From an uncultured SAR86 cluster bacterium (GTDB lineage Bacteria > Pseudomonadota > Gammaproteobacteria > Magnimaribacterales > D2472): a stretch of DNA of 64,000 bases. The position numbers and the translations under genes are program-made. Numbering within the stretch: the stretch's first letter is position 1; each line of letters starts with the position of its first letter. Below the pieces are notes generated by a model that saw only the letters and a list, made by a program, of their open reading frames with translations, was not told the origin of the DNA and did not search any database. Below, in pieces: positions 59,178 to 64,000 of the stretch. The stretch lies in the NCBI GenBank assembly GCA_902511425.1, contig CABXFE010000001.1, positions 18,476 to 82,475 of the forward strand, given 5' to 3'.

Positions 59178-59738
59178 AACAGTTAATAAAAAAGTATGTA
59201 TCGATCTGCCTTCATTTATTGCCCGCTGTTGGAAGCGAGTGATAGGCATACCCTCATTAGAAATTTTCTTGAACAAAAAATCTTCCTTAGATTTTTCTAC
59301 TTCTTCCTCAATGGACTCAGCATAATTTTCCCAATCCGTTGAAATATATACCGTCCCCTCCTCCCTTAAAACGTTTGCTAAAACTTTTAAAAAGCCATGT
59401 TTGATTAGTCTGCGTTTATGATGTCTAGCTTTTGGCCATGGATCGGGGCAAATGATATAAATTTCATCAAAAATTCCATTTGGAAGTTTTAAAAGCAGCT
59501 CGCGCACATCATCATCATAAATTTTTATATTCTTCAGAGAATTCTGAGCGATACTATTAAGAAGACTGCCTATCCCCGACAGGTATACTTCTGATGCAAT
59601 GATCAGCGCATTGGGATTTTTAGCTGCTAAGAAAGCTGTATTTTCTCCATTACCAAAACCTATTTCTAAAATACTTTTTTCATAGCCTTGTGCTAATTCT
59701 GAGAGCTCATTGGCTCCTGATAGATGATGGTGTTCCAA
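59166..59738 (-). CDS. trmB: tRNA (guanine46-N7)-methyltransferase; coordinates begin at the first canonical start, but the true start is probably upstream
   Basis: LEIGFGNG SAM motif and DPWPKARHHKRR. The in-frame region 59739-59837 encodes the conserved SFVKRLGRITASQKSALE N-terminal motif but has no ATG, GTG or TTG. Confidence 0.8.
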   Translation of the reverse strand: MEHHHLSGANELSELAQGYEKSILEIGFGNGENTAFLAAKNPNALIIASEVYLSGIGSLLNSIAQNSLKNIKIYDDDVRELLLKLPNGIFDEIYIICPDPWPKARHHKRRLIKHGFLKVLANVLREEGTVYISTDWENYAESIEEEVEKSKEDFLFKKISNEGMPITRFQQRAINEGRSIHTFLLTVLKK

Positions 59739-59837
59739 AGATTCTAATGCGCTTTTTTGGGATGCGGTGATGCGACCAAGTCTTTTTACAAAGCTCGCTA
59801 GGTAAGGCTTATTTTGATTAATAAGAAAGTGCCTTGC

Positions 59838-60698
59838 TTAGGCTGCGTTAGACATGGCGGCTTTGAGTTTTTTCAATGCTCCATTTTCAATCTGTCTGAT
59901 TCTTTCTGCAGAAACATTGTACTCATCAGCTAAGTCATGAAGGGTTTCTTTCTCATCTGCTAAATACCTTCTTGCAATAATATCCTTGCTTCGATCATCG
60001 AGGCTAGATAAGGCCATGGAAAGCTCTTGTGAATTATGATCAGAGACCTCTTGGGCCTCAACAAGAATTTCTGGGCTGGATGATTTGTCCTCAAGATATT
60101 GAGATGGAGAGAGAATGTCACCCTCATCATCACTGCCAACCGGCGCATCAAATGCGGAGTCATGCGAGGTTAATCGGTTTTCCATGTGCAAGACGTCTTT
60201 CACTTCTACGTTCAAATCTTCGGCTATTTTTTCAGCTTCTTCTTGTGTTAACCAATCTAAAGTTTTTTTCTTGCTTCTTAGGTTAAAGAAAAGTTTTCTT
60301 TGAGCTTTGGTTGTTGCAATTTTTACCATTCTCCAATTTTTAAGAATATATTCATGAATTTCTGCTTTGATCCAATGCACAGCAAAAGACACAACCTTTA
60401 CTCCTCTGTTAGGATCAAAACGATCAACAGCTTTCATCAACCCAACATTACCTTCTTGGATAATGTCTGCTAAAGGCAAACCATAGCCCTGATAGGATCT
60501 TGCAATATGCACAACGAATCTTAAATGTGATAAAACAAGTTGACGTGCAGCTTCAAGATCATTGTTCTCATAAAGCTTTTGGGCTAACTCTTGCTCCTGT
60601 TCAGCAGTCAGAATGGGAATAGCATGCACACAGGACAAATAGGATTCTATGTCCTTGCCTGGAGTTGATAGCGTAATTGTTTGTAAGTCTGTACTCAT
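59838..60698 (-). CDS. rpoH: RNA polymerase sigma-32 (heat shock sigma factor)
   Basis: RpoH box (QRKLFFNLRS), region 2 (DIIQEGNVGLMKAVDRFD) and region 4 (VSAERIRQIE). Confidence 0.92.
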   Translation of the reverse strand: MSTDLQTITLSTPGKDIESYLSCVHAIPILTAEQEQELAQKLYENNDLEAARQLVLSHLRFVVHIARSYQGYGLPLADIIQEGNVGLMKAVDRFDPNRGVKVVSFAVHWIKAEIHEYILKNWRMVKIATTKAQRKLFFNLRSKKKTLDWLTQEEAEKIAEDLNVEVKDVLHMENRLTSHDSAFDAPVGSDDEGDILSPSQYLEDKSSSPEILVEAQEVSDHNSQELSMALSSLDDRSKDIIARRYLADEKETLHDLADEYNVSAERIRQIENGALKKLKAAMSNAA

Positions 60699-60751
60699 AT
60701 ATATGTTTTACTAATAACTAATTATAACTCATAGTTATTCAGAACAGGTAA

Positions 60752-61567
60752 TTATAGCAAATTTTTACTAAAACCACCTATTAGAGACAAAATTGCCTTT
60801 TTTTCGTTCAAATTACTTATTGCAATGAACATAGGATTTAATATGCTATCTTTTTTCCCATATTCAAGGGGTTTGTGGTTATCTATTTGAAAAATCCCTC
60901 CCCCTCTAGATCGAAGCACAGCATCAGCTGCAGCAATATCCCATTCAGAAGTTGGTCCAAATCGTGGATAAATATCAGCTTTTTTGTCTGCCAAAGCACA
61001 GATTTTAAGAGAACTGCCTTTAGATATAATTTTCAATCTTTTTCCTTTTTTATCTAAAAAATTTAAAAAAGCTGTATCTATAACTGTTCTATGGCTTCTG
61101 CTGGAAACTATGCGAAGAATTGTTCGTTTTTTAGCATCGGCCTTCTTTTTCTGAGTTGTCTGATTTGCTGCGCCTGACCAAACTCTATCAAAAGCAGGGG
61201 CGCCAACCACGCCCAGAATAGGTTTGCCATTTTGAATAAGTGCAATGTTGGTTGTGAACTCATCGGATTTATTGACAAACTCTTTAGTTCCATCGATGGG
61301 ATCGATTATCCAGAACTCTTTAGCAGGCTTATAATTTTTTTGCTTGAAACTCTCTTCTGAAACAACTGGAATATCAGGAAAGTGTTTCTTCAAAAACTTA
61401 ACTATGACTTTATGGGCATACATATCTGCAGCTGTCACTGGAGACCCATCTTTCTTTTCTTGCGCGTTTGACCTTGGATTCTGGTAAATTTTTAGAATCT
61501 CGGGAAATAAACTACGCGTTAATTCCTCTAATTGAGGGATAATAAGTTCTAAATTTTTAGATAACAT
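60752..61567 (-). CDS. cysQ: 3'(2'),5'-bisphosphate nucleotidase
   Basis: SPVTAAD, EES, WIIDPIDGT and a C-terminal WD.AA motif. ATG 61567 aligns best with the E. coli CysQ N-terminus. The track start at 61597 would overlap the divergent HAD gene. Confidence 0.85.
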   Translation of the reverse strand: MLSKNLELIIPQLEELTRSLFPEILKIYQNPRSNAQEKKDGSPVTAADMYAHKVIVKFLKKHFPDIPVVSEESFKQKNYKPAKEFWIIDPIDGTKEFVNKSDEFTTNIALIQNGKPILGVVGAPAFDRVWSGAANQTTQKKKADAKKRTILRIVSSRSHRTVIDTAFLNFLDKKGKRLKIISKGSSLKICALADKKADIYPRFGPTSEWDIAAADAVLRSRGGGIFQIDNHKPLEYGKKDSILNPMFIAISNLNEKKAILSLIGGFSKNLL

Positions 61568-61574
61568 TTCATTA

Positions 61575-62225
61575 ATGGTAAAACTTAATTCTACCACTGC
61601 AATTCTCTCAGATCTTGATGGGGTGATCTTAAATCTTGAGTACGATATAAAGTTTTGGGAATTATGGTTACCTGAGCATGTGGCTAGCCAATCAAATGAA
61701 AACCTAGAAGAAATTAAAACAAAGATACAGGCAGAAATTGATGCCCAAAGAGGAACTCTAAATTTTTATAACCTAAATTATTGGGATGATTTGTTGAATG
61801 TTGACTGCATGGAAATAATTAGAGAACAAGAAGAGAAGTGCTCTTACTTACAAGGTTCTTATGAAGCTTTACAAAGATTATCAACCTTGAAAAACCCTAA
61901 GCATATTTTGACCAATGGAGATCCAAGAGCTCAGGAATACAAGGCTGAGACTCAAAACTTCCTAGAATTTTTTGATTCCATTTTTTATAGCATGCAAGCA
62001 GGCTATTCTAAAGAGCAAAAAGAATTCTGGGCTTTGGCAAGGCATAATTTAAATCTGGATTTTGAGGATGCAATATTTATTGATGATGATTTTAAAGTGG
62101 TCACAGCTGCAATTAAAGCAGGGATCAAACAAGTGGCCTGGATTACCCCAGGCAAAAATAGAATTCTCCAAAATGGAGTTGAGACATTTCCAAGCCTTGC
62201 TGATTTAGTTAACGCAATTAGCTGA
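61575..62225 (+). CDS. HAD family hydrolase
   Basis: Motif I (LSDLDGV) at residues 11-17 and a distal DD motif (FIDDD); 216 aa. Confidence 0.65.
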   Translation: MVKLNSTTAILSDLDGVILNLEYDIKFWELWLPEHVASQSNENLEEIKTKIQAEIDAQRGTLNFYNLNYWDDLLNVDCMEIIREQEEKCSYLQGSYEALQRLSTLKNPKHILTNGDPRAQEYKAETQNFLEFFDSIFYSMQAGYSKEQKEFWALARHNLNLDFEDAIFIDDDFKVVTAAIKAGIKQVAWITPGKNRILQNGVETFPSLADLVNAIS

Positions 62226-63341
62226 ATCTAGGTTCTCATAATCGAGAGCCTGCAAAATACGCTCGAAGATTTCTGTGTTATCCATTACCCCACTAAAAAG
62301 TTCTGCGCCTGGACCATACGCATAAATATTTATCGGTGACAGGTCATGACTGCCAGTGGTCCATTGCGCTCTTAAATTTGAACCCCTTGGGCGCTGCAAT
62401 ACCAAGCCTCCGGTAGCATGATCCGCTGTAACAAGAATGAGGGTATCTTGATTTTCAATAGCAAAATCTGTCGCAGCCTGAACAGTTGCATCAAAATCAG
62501 CAAATTCAATCAGCATGTACTGAACATTATTATCGTGTCCTGCCCAATCGATTTGACTGCCTTCAGACATTAAAAAAAAACCATTGCAATTTTGAGATTT
62601 ATTTTCAAGAAAGTTCAGTGCAACCTGAGTCATCTCAAGCTGCGTTGGAGTTCCTAGCCTTCTATCAAAACCATCTTCAGCGAAGAGTCCAATCACCCGC
62701 TCTTTTGAATTGAGCAATGAGGAATCTAATAGCGTCTTCTCATAGATCATAAAAGGGCTGACTTCAGATGAAACATCAAAAAATTCTTGGCCTCCACCTA
62801 ACGCAATATCTATATCGGAATCAACGAGCATTTTTGCAATTTCTTTCTCTTTGTAACGGCTATCAATGTGTGCATAAAAAGCCGCAGGCGTTGCATGAGT
62901 AATGGATGAAGTTGCCACCAAGCCAGACTTATAACCTTTCGTGCTTAATAGCTCTGGAATGGTTGGAAGAAACTTCTTCTCAGCATCAACTGCCAAGTAC
63001 CTATTTTTTGTTTTGACTCCTGTTGCCCAGGTTGTGGCTGAAGCTGCTGAATCAGTATAAAGACTGTCTGAAGAGTGATTGTAGACAATCCCCGTGATGG
63101 GAAAATTTTCAAAAGATAATCTATGATCAGCTCCGCCAGTTGCAAATTTTGCTAATGCAACTTGATTGGGTCCCATGCCATCCCCAATCAATAAAATAAT
63201 ATTTTTTGCTGTGGGCGCTGTTGAGCGTTCAAGTGTTACAGGTGGTTTTGTATCAGAGCCAATAGCAACCAACTCAATATTATCCCCATACCCGCAGGCA
63301 TAAAGCACAAAGGTGCTAAGGATAAGCAAAGATTTTTTCAT
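62205..63341 (-). CDS. phoA: alkaline phosphatase (PhoA family), lipoprotein
   Basis: GDGMG, the active-site D-S-A-A-S-A-T, and a C-terminal DH..G. Start at ATG 63341 gives MKKSLLILSTFVLYAC with a lipobox. The track N-terminal extension overlaps the upstream gene. Confidence 0.85.
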   Translation of the reverse strand: MKKSLLILSTFVLYACGYGDNIELVAIGSDTKPPVTLERSTAPTAKNIILLIGDGMGPNQVALAKFATGGADHRLSFENFPITGIVYNHSSDSLYTDSAASATTWATGVKTKNRYLAVDAEKKFLPTIPELLSTKGYKSGLVATSSITHATPAAFYAHIDSRYKEKEIAKMLVDSDIDIALGGGQEFFDVSSEVSPFMIYEKTLLDSSLLNSKERVIGLFAEDGFDRRLGTPTQLEMTQVALNFLENKSQNCNGFFLMSEGSQIDWAGHDNNVQYMLIEFADFDATVQAATDFAIENQDTLILVTADHATGGLVLQRPRGSNLRAQWTTGSHDLSPINIYAYGPGAELFSGVMDNTEIFERILQALDYENLDSANCVN

Positions 63342-63345
63342 TGAA

Positions 63346-64000
63346 TTACCTGCTGGGTTCCAGTGATTCAAGACGAGTTTTATGCACTTCATCAGGAGAT
63401 AGCGAATAATCAAAATTATATAGTGCTCCCTCCCAATCGCCGTAAGCAATGTTTTGAAGCATGAACCACTTTACTCCCCAATAATCAGCATAATCTTTAA
63501 CAATGTTCGCTCGATTGTTTGGACTTAAATTATTGTCTTTAGCATCTACAAAATCTCCCAAGTTGTCTCCGACCATCAAGAGAACTCTGTATTCATTGCC
63601 GATCAGTGTCCTTCTTGGGCCCTTATCAGAGTTCCAATTATTCTCTCCTCGCATTAAAACAGTGTCCATGGTCTGATCCCAGTGAATGTTAAGCTTGGTG
63701 AGATTTTTTTTGGTTGCTTCTTTTAACTCCACCACTCGATTTGTAACATAAAAAATTGTTACACCCTTAGAAGCAGCGTAATTCAAAAAATTTTTTGCTC
63801 CAGGAACCTCAGTAGCAGCTGCTTCTTTGCCCCAACTAACCCACCCCTCTGGATACTTGGTACCATCAAGGATCATGCGGGCTTCATAAGCAGTATTATC
63901 TAGAACTGTCTCGTCAACATCGACAATGATAGCTGGCTTTTTGCCCTGAATATTTTGTCCTGGTAAAGCACTCCAAGTGGGATCTGCTAATGCATTGTCT
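63346..64000 (-). CDS. class C acid phosphatase / 5'-nucleotidase lipoprotein e(P4) family (5' end outside window)
   Basis: The ORF stays open to the window edge. DVDETVLDN, FYVTNR and VGDNLGDF are the DDDD-phosphatase motifs. Confidence 0.8.
   Translation of the reverse strand, partial: DNALADPTWSALPGQNIQGKKPAIIVDVDETVLDNTAYEARMILDGTKYPEGWVSWGKEAAATEVPGAKNFLNYAASKGVTIFYVTNRVVELKEATKKNLTKLNIHWDQTMDTVLMRGENNWNSDKGPRRTLIGNEYRVLLMVGDNLGDFVDAKDNNLSPNNRANIVKDYADYWGVKWFMLQNIAYGDWEGALYNFDYSLSPDEVHKTRLESLEPSR

Noticed and set aside
1-64000. CRISPR arrays, transposases/IS elements, integrases, prophage genes, toxin-antitoxin pairs, and known defence-system enzymes (nucleases, reverse transcriptases, STAND/AAA+ ATPases, cyclases)
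   Set aside because: I looked through all six-frame ORFs and the intergenic DNA and found none. The only AAA+ protein is NtrC. No spaced direct-repeat arrays were seen.

Overview
This is an AT-rich, extremely gene-dense chromosomal segment with about 75 protein genes, one tRNA and very little intergenic DNA. I saw no transposase, integrase, CRISPR array or recognisable defence genes. The content and synteny fit a streamlined marine gammaproteobacterium; that is inference only, with no search run. Supporting blocks are yggS-proC-yggT-metX-metW-rdgB-hemW, rppH...lgt-thyA-folA, mutY-yggX, a yibN-like gene with grxC, and a Vibrio-type six-gene TonB2 module. Other core content: ubiC-ubiA, a type II glutamine synthetase followed by ntrB-ntrC, gcvT-gcvH-gcvP, a Fur-boxed Fe(3+) ABC importer, efp, argS and cysQ-rpoH-trmB. 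About 11.9-30 kb looks more accessory: SDR, D-aminoacylase, a repeat lipoprotein, an orphan Rieske oxygenase, a PhyH dioxygenase, a proline iminopeptidase, a ThrC-like enzyme, flavin and MDR oxidoreductases, MAPEG, PhzF, a GPH/MFS transporter and a sulfotransferase-like operon. I found no convincing wholly new multi-gene system. The best observations, all read directly from the bases:
- A decayed direct copy of the 3' two-thirds of tRNA-Phe brackets the Rieske oxygenase gene and supplies its stop codon.
- The conserved N-terminus of trmB lies upstream of any canonical start codon, in frame and flush with the rpoH stop.
- A 90-bp tandem duplication spans the yqiB-like/yqiA junction.
- A compressed sigma54 promoter with two NtrC palindromes precedes glnII.
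- A 56-aa rubredoxin gene missing from the ORF track overlaps a DAACS transporter start (TAATG).
- A MerR-type promoter architecture (19-bp spacer with internal dyad) has no regulator nearby.
- Seven convergent gene pairs overlap at their stop codons.
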